Positions 1-12,810 of a stretch of 64,000 nt of DNA are shown here, piece by piece. The notes under the pieces are model-generated. The model searched no databases. It was not told the DNA's origin and saw only the letters and a list, made by a program, of their open reading frames with translations. Made by a program: the position numbers and the translations under genes. Position 1 is the stretch's first letter. Every line of letters starts with the position of its first letter. Origin of the DNA: the human T2T-CHM13v2.0 reference genome, Homo sapiens; NCBI RefSeq assembly GCF_009914755.1, contig NC_060925.1. The stretch is one strand, 5' to 3'.

Positions 1-111
1 TGTTTGCATTTCTTATTAACTTGATTCTGCTATGGGTACATCAAACTTAAAGCTTTTATGTAATTAAATATAAGTTTTCAGATAGCCCTGAAAGCTTAGC
101 ACTTCAAAATG

Positions 112-810
112 CAGATGGTCCCTGAATTCTGATGGTTCCATTTAGGATTATTCAACTTTAAGATGGGGTTACCATTTCTATTGAATGTGGTTGGCTTTCT
201 CACTATCCTAAAGTCAAAAAATCCTAAGTTGAATGATTTTAATTTGGAGACCGTCTGCTGTGTTGCCAGCATTAAATACATTTTTGGCTTACAATATTTT
301 CAACTAACAGTGGGTTTATTGGGAGGTAGGTGTAGCCCAAAAAGTATCTGAGACGTGTCTTAATCCATTTAGTTTATTTTGCCAAGGTTAGGGACATGCG
401 TGGAGGAAATAAACATGGAATCACAGAAACAGTCTATGGCCTGTATCTTTCTCCAAAGATGATTTTGAAGGCTTCAGTATTTATAGGGGAAAAGTGGGCT
501 GGAGGGGAAATAGGGAGGGTACTGTTATCCACTTGTTGCAAGAGAAAAGGAGCAGGTAGGGGAGTAGTCAATTATGTATTCCTCTCCGTCTCAGTGATGG
601 GCACTTTACATAAGATAAGGTGAACATAGAGTAGTGACCTGTGGAGATAATTTAATCTTTTTATCTATAGGTATCTGCTTAGGAACAAAAGGAAAGGCAG
701 CTTCTTGCATGACTCAGCTTTCAGCTTAATTTTTTTCCTTTAGCATAGTGAATTGGGGTTCAGATTGGAGTTTTTGTTTTCTTTCACATCGGTAAGTCAA
801 GAGCATCCAT
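112..810. mobile_element. MER47/Tigger5-type DNA transposon fragments, split by an LTR
   Basis: TIR-like ends cagatggtccc...ggagaccgtctg (112-257). A second MER47-like segment (gggtttattgggaggt) resumes after the LTR as ggtaagtcaagagcatc. Confidence 0.6.
331..788 (-). mobile_element. MER4A1-like solo LTR (ERV1)
   Basis: TG...CA ends. The reverse strand reads tgtgaaag...aagctgaaagctgagtcatgcaagaagctgcc...aaccttggcaaaataaac...gtctcagatactttttgggctaca. Near-TSD tagg/tcgg. Confidence 0.8.
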
Positions 811-2554
811 AATTGATTGTATCCAAAGAGGTATCAAAGAGGTCAGGGTCAATAAATAAAAACAGATTTATATATTTATGTGTTTGAGGAGGATTATCAT
901 TTTAGAGGACCAAATGTTTTAACAGTTTCCAAATGAACAGATTCCAAATCAGTTTAAGCATCATTGAAACATCAAATAAAAAACCTTGATAATGGAGAGA
1001 GGTCTCTCCCAAAAGAGCAGAGCTGCACATCAGTTTTACTTATTTCCTTAGACATATTCCTGTAGCTTTTAATTTAAAATGTCAGGTCTGCTTCGGTGCA
1101 ACTGGTATGTCAATCAGTGTATCCATATTACCTCCCAGCCTGCCCAAACCACCCAAATTAGTGTAGCAAAGTGTTATTGGAAGCTTCAAAGCTTAACTTT
1201 AATCTTGATTCCTGCTAGCCTCCAAAAATTCTTTGCTCTGTATGCAACTGAGTGGTTTTGAATGTTTATATAACAGTGTCCCTCACTTTGCGATACTATT
1301 TGGCACAGTGAATGTATTACCACTGTTAGCCTTCAGGCCATCATCTATCACACCCTACGGTATTTGTTCTTCCAGTTAACCTTATCAGCAATGCAGACTT
1401 TTCTCTCAGTGCCCATCATCTAGATCAGGGCTAGACCCTCCTGACTCTGCCTCCTAGCATTTCAGTTGCTGCTTTTCAGTTTCTGTGACATCAGGAGTCT
1501 GATCTTTACCACTGGTCTCTAGTCCTCTTTCTTAAACTCCTTCAGCGCCTCCACTTGTCTTCTGTGAAAAGACGAACAACCTGCAGGAGAAATCCCTTTA
1601 GGACCTGGCATTGCCTGCCTCTCTGTCCTTTTCCTTAGCTCTTCACCTACTCGTACTCTAGGTATCAACCTTAAAGAACTATCTGTAGTTCTTCAGAAAC
1701 TCCAAGGTAAACATGCTTCTGTGAACTAACGTCTGCAGTTTGCTTTGCATGAATGCCTTTCAAGTTTCCTTTTCCTGGTTACTTATTTATTTCTCCCCAT
1801 TAGCATGAGTCTGTGAGGGCAAGGTCCATTTCTTCCCCCTCCATTTTCGTTCCTAACGCAGACTAGATGGATGCTGAGTGGAAGCTGCTGGGTGAATGAG
1901 TGAGAACCAACCAGATCCTCCCTATTGCTTTTTATGGTTGATTCCTTAGTCCCATTTCAGATGAACTGGTTTCCTTTCTTCTCCTCCTTTGTTTCTCTCT
2001 TAACAATTTCCACATACCTCTGACTCAATCTGTCTGAAGTACAGCTCTGCCTTGATCAAAACCTTCAGTGGATTATCATCTCTTGCAAAATCCTTTTCAT
2101 GCTCAATATCATTTCCAGCCTTTACTGGTCAGTCTCTAATATGCATTTGCAGCTGTATTTCCCATGCTTCTCCTTGCCAACTCCAGACCAGCCTCTTGTC
2201 CATTCTTCTGTCACACTCTGCAGCATACTATTTCTGTGGTTGTGTTCATATCATACCCTCAGATAGGTGTTTCATTGTCCCAGTCACTGCCTAGTGAATT
2301 AAAATTCAAAATATCCCCTACCCCACAATCAGAATCAATCTTCCATTCTGTATCTGTAAATACCACTTCTACGTTTTTCCTTCCATTATGGTATGTATCC
2401 CATTCTACTTTTTATTATAGCCTTTGGTTTTTTGCTTTACTTTTGTGTATCTGTATCTAATTGATTATCCTTGAGATAACAGCTATATCAGTTTAAGCTT
2501 GAAAGCCACAGACAAGCTTGTCCAGTCAATGGCTGGTGCTATTCAGTCCGTATG

Positions 2555-2790
2555 AATAGAGCATGTGTCTTGACTGGCAGACATCGGTTTGAATCCCTAA
2601 TATGCCACAAATAGCTATATAATCTCTGCCTCTTCTTTCTTCTAGTTTCCCAGCTTGTAATAGGAAGATGATAATACCAAATTTGTAACATGCTTATGCA
2701 GATTAAGTGGAATAATGTATGGAAAGCATATAGCCAATGACAGAATGCAAAAAATAGTCATGATTACTGCTGTTACTGTTACTATAGATA
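2555..2790 (+). mobile_element. MIR SINE
   Basis: ggtttgaatccc...tttcccagcttgtaatagg...gattaagtggaataatgtatggaaagc resembles the MIR core. Confidence 0.6.
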
Positions 2791-3774
2791 TGTAGTCACC
2801 ATCGTAGAAACATATTGTTTTGTTTGAGCTTTTAGAATTAATGACTTTGTGTGGCTAATTTCTAGCTGAATATAACTGAAGCTAGAAATTACCCATTAGT
2901 CTTACGATTAAATATAAAGCATTTTTTCACTATCTTACAGTCTTTTATTATTACTTATTTTGGCATTACAACGTTTTGCTGGCAACGAGGGTTGCTTGCT
3001 TCTTCAATTTTTCCAATAACAGAGGGCTAAACTGCTGTCAGTACTTGTGAAAAGAAGAATAATACCAAGCCTTAAATCCTATCTAGCCCAGTCTTTTCCA
3101 TGCTATTTTGCAGTGTATGGATTGAATTTCCTATGGTTAGAGTTATTGAAACCCGACATCTGGTGTTGGAGGGAACAATAAAATACCAGAAGGACTTTAG
3201 CCTGCCAGTGGGCTATTCTCCCCCTCAGATTAACTTTTGTTGAGTATATTTGTTCTTTTAGAACTTGGATGGACAGCACAGTCAGAATGCATAGTCTTTG
3301 TACCAAAGAACATAGTAAAATTGAAGTCAACTAAGGGGAAGGACATCTAATTATATTATGCTTTTGTAAGTTGTTAGGAAAGATATAGTGCAGATTATTC
3401 TTAATTTGAATTAGGTGTTTTGTGCTTATTATGTTAGTGTTTCTTAGAATTGAAATTATGGAAAGATGATTCACTGTGAGGAAATACCTAATTTTTTTAC
3501 CTTCCTTTTTTCCAACTAAACTTATGAATAACTCGTCAAAGAAAGAAGAAAACTCTGATATAGTCACCAAAAAATGACAAGAATTGATCATACATATTTA
3601 AGGCATATGTGTCATTTTCTGCACTGGTGAAAATAGATTGAGGAAACTGCACTAGAAATTGACTTAATACCTAGACACTAGTAGAAGAATGACATATTAC
3701 CAGAGACTAAAATACTGGAAGAAGACAGTGAATTAATGTCATTTTCACCAACTGATGATGATGGTGATGATGGT

Positions 3775-4028
3775 GGTGAGAACATTTAGTAGGCAAATTT
3801 TCAGGCCCTGTGTAAGTCAATTAATGGTCATTGTTTCATGCTGCAGTTTTTATAAGAATCCCTATGAAATGCATGTTATTATTTTACCTTTATTTTACAG
3901 ATAAAAATACTAGGGCTTCAACAGATAGTCTTACCCAATGTCACATAACTTGTAAAAGACAGAAGTGGGACTTAAACTGAGACCAGGCTAACCTACTGTC
4001 AGTCCTCTTAATCCCAATGCTGTACTGA
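3775..4028 (-). mobile_element. MIR SINE
   Basis: attttacagataaaaatactagggct...cttacccaatgtcacataacttgtaa is an antisense MIR core. Confidence 0.65.
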
Positions 4029-5049
4029 TAAGGCTACAGTCCTTCTTTCTGCAGGTGACAGTGAGGGCAAAGTTCTGAGAGTGAGTTCTTAAGTTCTTCT
4101 CTAGGAACACAGTACCTGTTGGTTAGAGCAGAGCCACCAACTAACCAGACCACCACTTCAAAGGCTTTAATGAGGGAGATTTACAGATTGACATGAAAAA
4201 ACTCTCTGCAGTAAATCCTTTCTGGCAGTGACACCATTATAAGCTCCATCAGGCAGAAGAGGAAGATAGACTATGTGATTTAGACACAGTGTTTCCTGAA
4301 AGCCGATATCAGTAGAACCACTCTGTTGGCATTCTATGCCATCGCATGGCAATTTAAACTGCAAAGCCTAAGCAGAGGAGAGTTAACAGTGTGGTTACAA
4401 TTGATGTACGTACCCCTTGATCCTAGATGGAGGCATTCTGTTAATAATCCCCACCTGGCTCTGCAAATGGCAGGATTCCATCCAACAATCCAGAGGAGGC
4501 TCTCTAACGTCCCTGAGGTCTCCTAGCAGACCCAGATCCTGTTTGAGTTTGGCCTTTCAACAATTTTATTATGGCTGTGGGTGCCTATTTCCAAACACCC
4601 ACAGCCTATCATTATTAGTTATTCAGTAACATCCCATTAGACATGTTCTTTAAGATTCAGCAAAATACCCAGAAGACTACAGATTCCCATACAGTATTCT
4701 CGCTGATATAGTTTGACCCTACAAACTAAACAAGAGAGTGAAAAAATAAAACACAGACACAGACATGAAAGTCAGCCTTTCTACTGAAATACATCTTACA
4801 TTGGTCATGAGAGATTTATGTAATACCAAATATCTATTATTTCAGAAATGAAAGCACACATGGCTGCTGTGAAATAAGAACAGAAGTGAAATTTCATATT
4901 TAAAAAGGAGCTAATTCAAGCATCAGAAGTAATACATTTTATTGGTTCTAAGACATTTTTACATTTTAGCATCTTGAAATGGGAATTCTTTTTAAAAGAT
5001 GGCCTCTCACAAATACTTTGTCATGAAATGGTAGTAACATATAAGGCCC

Positions 5050-5655
5050 CTTTTAAAACATAAGAGAGATGATGTCATTTTTGCTCAAATCTTCCTGGCT
5101 TTGAATCTCCATAAAATCCAAGAACCTTACCATAGACTACATGGCTCAGTGTGATCTGGCCACTCACTGCTTCTCTAACCTCACTTCCCAGGACTTTTCC
5201 CCTCTCTTTTTTTTTTCTCTTTTTGTTGCAACCATGCTGGTCTTTCCGTTCTTAAATCACCTAGGCATGCTTCTACCTCCAGGTCATTGCCCTTGGTGTT
5301 TCCTCTGCTGGGAATGTGTTTCCACTGAGAGTCCCATGGTTCATTCTCACATCTACTTCAGATATTTATTCAAGTCATACTTATTTAGGCTTTCTCTGGC
5401 CACCTTATCTAAAATTGCAGCATCCTAACATTCCCTGTCTACCGTTCTGCTTCATTTTTCTCTTTAGCATTTATTACCAGCTGACAGTTCCCATTTTTTA
5501 TTTACCTTGCTTGTAGTTTGTCTCTCCCCAGTACAGTATAAGCTGTGGTAAAAACAGGGATTTTTGTGTATTTTCTTCACTACTGAATCTCCAGGTCTTA
5601 GACGAATGCCTGCTACAGACAAGACACTTAGTAAATATATACTGAATATATGAAT
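5050..5655 (+). mobile_element. L2a 3' fragment
   Basis: Typical L2 3' region ending in gaatgcctgctacagacaagacacttagtaaatatatactgaat. Confidence 0.7.
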
Positions 5656-6363
5656 AGCTATAAATATAAAAATACATATATATGAATATGCCAAATATAA
5701 AAGAATAAATCAATGGATTACATGCTCAAAAGTTGATAAGGTGGGGAAGAGGGTAAATATTACACTAAGCCTGTCCAGTGGCTCATGGTCTAGGATTTGG
5801 GCATCTTGAATTATAAACTTGCCTCTGTTACTAGCTATCTGAGTAGAGTTTGCAGGTTAATCCCCTGGGCCTCCAGGTGGGACTACAGAGTATGGATGTT
5901 ATAACCTCTCAGTTAGTTGAGGCTTCAGCTAAAAACCATTAAAAAATGAGGGCCAGAATGGGGAATCTGAAGTGAAAGACACCATATCTTTTAATATAAA
6001 TATTATCACCAGAAATGGTAGTTGTAAGGAGAGTCTTAATACAAAAGACTTTGGAGTTAATTTTTGGTTCAGTTGCCTTTGTTTTATAAATAGTGAAACT
6101 GAAGCCCAGGATTTGAGAGACTTAGCCAAGGCCAGGTGCTAATTGGTGGCCAACCATAGAACTGTACTCTACAACCCTGACTCAACCTGACTGAACCCCT
6201 GTTCTTTTTACTTTAATTAGTACACAGAGTAAATACTGGTGATTAAAAACAAAAAAGAGTTATATTTAGGCTGTTTTGGTATTTTGTTCAACTTAAATTT
6301 GATGAATTCACCTGATGGAAAGAATTCATAGATCAATGTATCTCTCTTTGTGACTTAATTCAG

Positions 6364-6516
6364 CTTCCAGAGGAGATTGGAAAACTTGAAGATAAAGTGG
6401 AATGTGCTAATAATGCCCTGAAAGCAGATTGGGAGAGATGGAAACAAAATATGCAAAATGATATCAAGTTAGCATTTACAGATATGGCTGAGGAGAATAT
6501 CCATTATTATGAACAG
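6364..6516 (+). CDS. SNX7: Sorting nexin 7, penultimate coding exon (153 nt, phase 0-0; BAR-domain C-terminal helix)
   Basis: ttcag| acceptor and |gtaatt donor. Translates as LPEEIGKLEDKVECANNALKADWERWKQNMQNDIKLAFTDMAEENIHYYEQ, recognised as SNX7, and joins in frame to 28173. Confidence 0.95.
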
Positions 6517-7136
6517 GTAATTAGTGTTGTTTGATATTGCTTCATTTTAAAGTTATATGCTCATTTACTTTTGGTCCGTCCAATGTTGAAAGAGTGTATT
6601 AAAGAACAAGTGTCACATTCTAATGCCTCTCTGGTAGCTTGGTTTTGATGAAGTTGTCAGTTACCATTTGGTTTTGTTTATCCTCAGTTTGTTGTTTTGG
6701 ATTTGGATTCTTCAAAAGCATTTGATAATGCTTTCTAATGATTGTCCTAACTACTCCTCTTTCCTCTCCCTTCTCCATTTATGAAGAGTTTGCAAAGGAA
6801 GGAAAGGAGCAGAGACTTGAATGAGCAGAAAATCATTTCAGGGCCTGTTCTCTATGTCCTTGCTATCCCTGTCTTCTGTAGCTATTCTGAAACCATCAAC
6901 AAAGGAGCACACCATTCCATCAGCAAAAGAGTAACAACATCTTTTTTTAAGTTCATTTTGTTTTTCAGATGATTGTATTTCAATTTTTTTACAGCTGACT
7001 TTTCTCAGAGAAGTTTTTTTTTATTGTAAACATACTTTTTCTAGAAAGTATATTTTAAAATAACATCTTTAACCTTATCTCTGGCTGAATTAATGAATAT
7101 ATGAAATTATTACATTAACAAAATTATGTCTTACAG

Positions 7137-7471
7137 CAGTGGTCCCCAACCTTTTTCGTACCAGGAACAGGTTTCATGGAAGACAAGTTTTCCTAGGTGG
7201 GGGGCGGGGTTAGTTTCAGGATGAAACTGCTCTACCTCAGATCATCAGCCATTTGTTAAATTGTCATAAGGAGCACGCAACTTAGATCCCTTACATGCGC
7301 AGTTCACAATAGCGTTCACACTCCTGTGAGAATCTAATGCTGCCTCTGATCTGATAGGGAGTAGAGCTCAGGCAGTAATGCTCACCCGCCGCTCACCTCC
7401 TGCTGTGCGGCTGGGTTCCTAACAGGCCAATGACCAGTACCAGTCCATGGCCCAGGGGTTGAGGACCCCTG
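7137..7471 (+). mobile_element. MER1B (hAT-Charlie MITE)
   Basis: TIRs cagtggtccccaacc / ggttgaggacccctg, with internal gagaatctaatgctgcctctgatctga. Confidence 0.85.
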
Positions 7472-7554
7472 TAATTTATAGTATGTAGTGCTTATCCGTT
7501 TAAAAGAACTTTAAACTGAAATATTATATATCTTGAAAGATTAACTGATATTGA

Positions 7555-8235
7555 TGTTTTTATTCACCAAGAGTTAATTAAGCCCCTTCTATCACCAGAC
7601 ATTGTGCCTGGCCCTGGAGAGACCACAGTATGCAAGACAAACACAATCCGTTTCTCATGTAGTTACAGCCAATGAAGGAAACAATCACAAAGAGAGCATG
7701 ATAAAATGGTATAAGGTTCGGTATAGAAAGACATTGCAGGGGCATATAACCTAATCTAGAAAAAATAAGGATATGTTTATGCAGAGACCTGAATGATGAA
7801 TAAGGAGTTGCCAGAGTGTGAGAAATGGAGTTGGAGCAGAGAAAACACATGCACAAAAGTGTAGAAGGGAGAGAGAACATGTTCAGATAACTGAGGTTCC
7901 ATTTTGGAGGAAGAAGGAGTGAAGGTAGTGTTGAATTGAAAGATTAGGCTGAAGAGTGCATTATAAATTTAGTCTTTTACCTTTAAGGGAAATGGGAGCC
8001 ATTGAGTAGTTTTCAGGAGGAAACTGACCGGATCAGACTTGCCTTTTGGAAAGATTGCTCTGACTGTACATGGGTCGGAGTTAGGCAACACTCGACATGA
8101 TGAGACTAGTTAGGAGGCAGGAAAGGCAGAGATGTGAACTGACCTAGGAGTTTCATGTTAGTGGGCTAGAGATTATGGAACAGATCCATGGTTTTGTTTT
8201 GTTTTGTTTTGTTTTTTAACTAGGTAGAACTGGAA
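7555..8235 (-). mobile_element. L2 fragment
   Basis: Antisense L2 3' end (ccagacattgtgcctggccctggaga...gggagccattgagtagttttcaggagg). Confidence 0.65.
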
Positions 8236-11200
8236 AGATCATTTTCTATCTCTCCATAATTTTTTATTCTGGTAACAACCCTAAGTAAATTCAAGTATCT
8301 AAAATGAATTTCCCATAAATCTCAGATTTTGAATGATATAAAGTATTTCTTTTTAATAAAGCACATTTATCAACATAAGGCTTTATTACCATTTAACTGT
8401 TTAAATCCACAGAACTAACCTTACCTCTCCTTTATAGTAGAACTTGTCTACGCTTACATTACAGAATTGTTAAGAAAGTCAACATGTGATGAATAACAAA
8501 ACAATAAAACCAAAATTTTAATTGAGATAATTTATAAGAAAATGCCTTAAATTAAAACATGCAGTTTTCTATAAATGATTACAAAACCTAAGTATATTAG
8601 GGTATAAAAATCACATGACAAATGCACTTAATATTATTTTCCTTTAAATGTTAAGATCTGCCAATTTTTCTAAATTTGGATTTTTTTAAAAGTGTTCATA
8701 ACAATTCCACAGAATTTCAACTAAAATGTTTGGGTTTTTACCGTACTTCTCACATAAAAATGTATTTTTTTTCAGTCTCATTGATTGAATTCAGTTTATA
8801 CAAAATGTTCCTTTCTTAGAAACAGCTAAATGAGCATTGCTGTGCCATATTGCAAATTTTGTTTTTCACAGCAGTTTCTATCAGTGTGTGATGTTTTTAA
8901 CTCTTTCCCCAAGTGTACTACATTTCTAAATGTTACAAAATTATATTGTGTCCTCCATCTTAAATGTATAAATTTGGAGGGATCATTGTTTCTCTTTTGT
9001 ATAACTTCCAGAGATCCTTATAGCTCCAATTGTTTGTTGAATTTTTTCCTGAGTGGAAAACTTTTAACAGATTTGGCACATCAGTCCAGTAAAACAAAAT
9101 CAAGAAATTGGAGCCCTTAAATGATCAGGGATTCTTAGCAGAAAGATTAAGGCCTAAACAGCAACAATCTGTCACTAACTATTAATATCAGAAAATCTCA
9201 GATATACAGGGAAGTGAAATGTTCCAGAGGTCATTCATTTCCTGTTTAATTTCATCACATTCTAATGGAAATACTTCTTTTTTCATCAGTATTCCCAAAA
9301 CGGTCTGTTCCTAGTGTGATGGATGAAACAGGGTATATATACATTTGCCTTTAGATTTACCTGTATTAAGTTCTGGTCACAGATTGTTTAGAAATTAAAA
9401 GTTAAATATCAAAATGGCAGAGGGAAATTATATTATAAATACATGGTATGGGTCTGTATCCAACTCCAGTTATTATCATATTGTGCAATAATTGTGTCAT
9501 GTTATATTTAGAGGCATCTATTACATCTAAGAACATGTAATAATCAATGTCATGTTGTACTTAGATGTATGAATTTATTGGGAGAGAGTTGATTCTAAAT
9601 CCAGAACAGGTGTCTCAAATGAAACTTTTACTAGGTAAAATGATGTTGTTCCCATTTTGTTCTGTATGACCAATAATTAAGGATAAATGTGTTGAGTCTT
9701 TTTAAACAAATGAATAACGAAACAATAAAATTACAAATCCATTTGAGCAGGGTGAATGATTTCAAAGTATATTGATACCCAAATAATGAAAGAAAATGAC
9801 TTCCTGCTAATGTGAAGGGATTCTAAAACAGTAAAACATCCATGCCCTGGATACAGGGCATGGATATTTCCTAACTTTTTTCTTGAAGGTGCAAAAGAAT
9901 ATCTGCTTTGTTGCTGTCAATGCTGATGATGCTAATGATGAAGGCTTGAGAGCAAGTGATTCCTGGCTGATCTTATGAACTGGAAGAGCACATTCTTCTC
10001 AAAGCTTTATTTTAATATCATTGAATTCACTTGGCTATCCAGTGTCCTCTTACAATTAGACTTTGAGGGCTTATTTGGAAATTCTGGCAGGAAAGTGCAG
10101 CTATTTAGGAACTGCTTTAGAATAGCTCTGGACTTGGCAACAACTATTAATATAAAATAGAACAATTACCTTTTGTCAGTATGAGCACAAAAAATGGGGA
10201 ACCATTTACCCAGTCCAGTGAAATCACCTTTGTTATTAAGGAGGTGACAGACAGCTCTGATGTCCTTTTGGTCATTTAATGTCTTTGCTTTCTTTGTCTC
10301 TAACACATCAGGGACAAGGTGGATAGTAAGAAAGGGTAGGGAATTCACAAATATTCCCAATGATGAGGGTAGGGCTAGTAAAGGGAGCTATGTTCAAAGG
10401 TGTCTATGGCACATAGCAGATTCTTAATGTGTGCCTGCTAAATTACCATTTCTGAGTACCTGCTGTGATCCGGCCCTGCTCTATATCTCACATGTGGCAT
10501 CTCACATGACCGTATCTGTTACTCTTGGAGATAGCTCTGTCCTCTCTGCAGTCTTGCTGGCCCAAGTTTCTACTAATGTTAATTTTTGCCAAATTACGCA
10601 GTTTGTCGTTAAGTGAATATGATAAAGGAATATAGTTTATTCCTTTGCATAGCTTATTTTATAATATAGTTCATTCCTTTGAATAGTTTATTTTAAAATT
10701 ATTAGTAAATATATGGAAATGCTTGTTTTATTATCTTATTTTTCTGGTTATAAAATTAATACAGGCTCACTGAAAACAATTACAGCAACAAAAGCTCAGT
10801 ACACAAATGTATGATGAGGATAAAGAATACCCATATAATCCTTTCTCCTAGGGAGTGGTTCATTTAAATATAATTATAGAAAATAATTTGCTATTTTAAG
10901 ATTAAATTATTGTTAGATTTTCTGCATGGGTCTTTGGAATGTGTCAGCATAAAAACACATATGTTTACTTATTTTGTGTCACAATGATTAAAATGAATAG
11001 TATTTTGAGTTCCATATTTTTCATTTATTTTACATATGTTTCCACATAGTGTCATAATTTTCTTATGATACATCATACTGATGTATATTTATTAGCTTAG
11101 ATAATAATAGTTAAACATTTGTTTTTTTTCTTTTCTTCTATCATTACTATTAAAAATAATTATAAATATTAGCTTTTTGAAAACTTGGTAAGAATTTCAA

Positions 11201-12119
11201 GAAATAAGCAGGTCTATGATTACTGCATTTCTTATTCTATCAGTCTTATTTAGGAATGTCAGTTCCCTCATGTAAACTCATTTATGTGAGATTCTGTTAT
11301 CATCAAAGCCCTGTGCTAATAAACACAGGGGTGGCGTGGCATGGGGAGAGGTGATCCAAATTCACACTTAAGTCTTGCTGTTAGGAGGCTAAAGTTGATT
11401 AGGGAAAAATAATATATAAAAATATTTATTCATTTATTTGATTAATACAGCCCTAAAGTTATTTTTTTCTAATGGTGAAGTATTTAGTTTTTTTGCTTGA
11501 TTGTAATGGATAGACTGAATAAAAGGTTCTACTCTTAGCAGATAACACAAATATATTTATATGGACATCTAGCAAGCAGAAAAACAATTCTAGCAAAGGA
11601 AAATTTCTGAAAGATTTTGAGGAAAAGAAAAAAATCGTTACAAGGGTATCTGTCTAGCCAGATGAACAGTACTACTAATGTTTTCTTAAAATCCAAGTCT
11701 AGTTATTTATGGCTCATTTAAAAATTACAGAAATTTTGTAAAAATAGATCTCACAGCAGTCCTCTAAAAACTAAGTCTGAATAAGCACTGAGTGTCCAGA
11801 AGGTTCTTCAAGTGTAGTTTTACTTATTTAGGGATTTATTTCTTGTTGTGTTGGGAAAATGGTGAAATAAATTCTAGTGACATGGTTGTTTGTTTTAAAC
11901 TTAATACTACACTACATACTTCGGAACATTTTGTAGATTTTGTAAATATTTACTTGAAAACATCCTGGTCCAAATTAGGACAATTTCCAAGTATTCTGAC
12001 CTTAAGAGGTTAAACTATATTGATAATGATGATAAAACTGCTACCTAAGCAAGATTTGGATGGATGGCATTTAGATTCCTGTCAGAAATTTCATTCTATT
12101 CAAAACTGAAAATCAGAAA

Positions 12120-12810
12120 AAGTATTGATATGTGCTCATCTGTGAGTTGAAAGGAGCAATGAGGGGAATAGTCTCCCTAGACTTAATTCTGATTAACAAA
12201 GAACTGTTATCTTAACATGACAGTTCCATCAGGAGACAGTACTATTTCCAGAATCTGGGAGGTGAAAGCAAAGGAAGGAAAACTTGGCCATTCTCAGTCA
12301 TATTTCCTAGAATTTAGTAAAGTAGCTTAAAAAATTAGATAAAAGTTAGTTATACTTTCTCAAAATCATACACTCTAAATGAGAATATGACTTGAGAGGA
12401 GTGGACAATTCTAAAAAGTGAAAAGAATGAAGCAGGTGAAGAATCTGACACAATTGTACCTGTGGACCATGGATCATGGAAACAAAGATGATAGAGGAGG
12501 ATACAGTCAAGAAGGAATACAGAAAAAAACAGGCAATGTCAGTGAAAGCATATGTCAGGAAGAAGAGAGTTTTGGGGGAAAAAATGTGAAGAGTTTCCAA
12601 ACAGCACCAGAGTCAAATGAGAGTAGGTATGAGGAGCATCTCTGGAAGCAAGAAAATTAGGAATTAATATGTTACCAAAAATATTAATAAAAATGAATTG
12701 CTAGTGGAAACTGTGTAATGGAAACTAAGAAAACAGAACTAACTCATTTCTATTTCACTGCTGTTTTCTCCATGAAGGAGAATGAAAGTATAAGATGAAA
12801 GGATTAGGCA
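12120..12810 (+). mobile_element. L3/CR1 LINE ORF2 remnant
   Basis: ggagcaatgaggggaatagtctccctagacttaattctgattaacaaagaactg (..RG..LDLIL.NKE, CR1 endonuclease-like) and aaacagaactaactcatttctatttcactgctgttttctcc. Confidence 0.55.

Noticed and set aside
9838-9863. p53 response element (CATG cores)
   Set aside because: Both half-sites have two mismatches and a long spacer.
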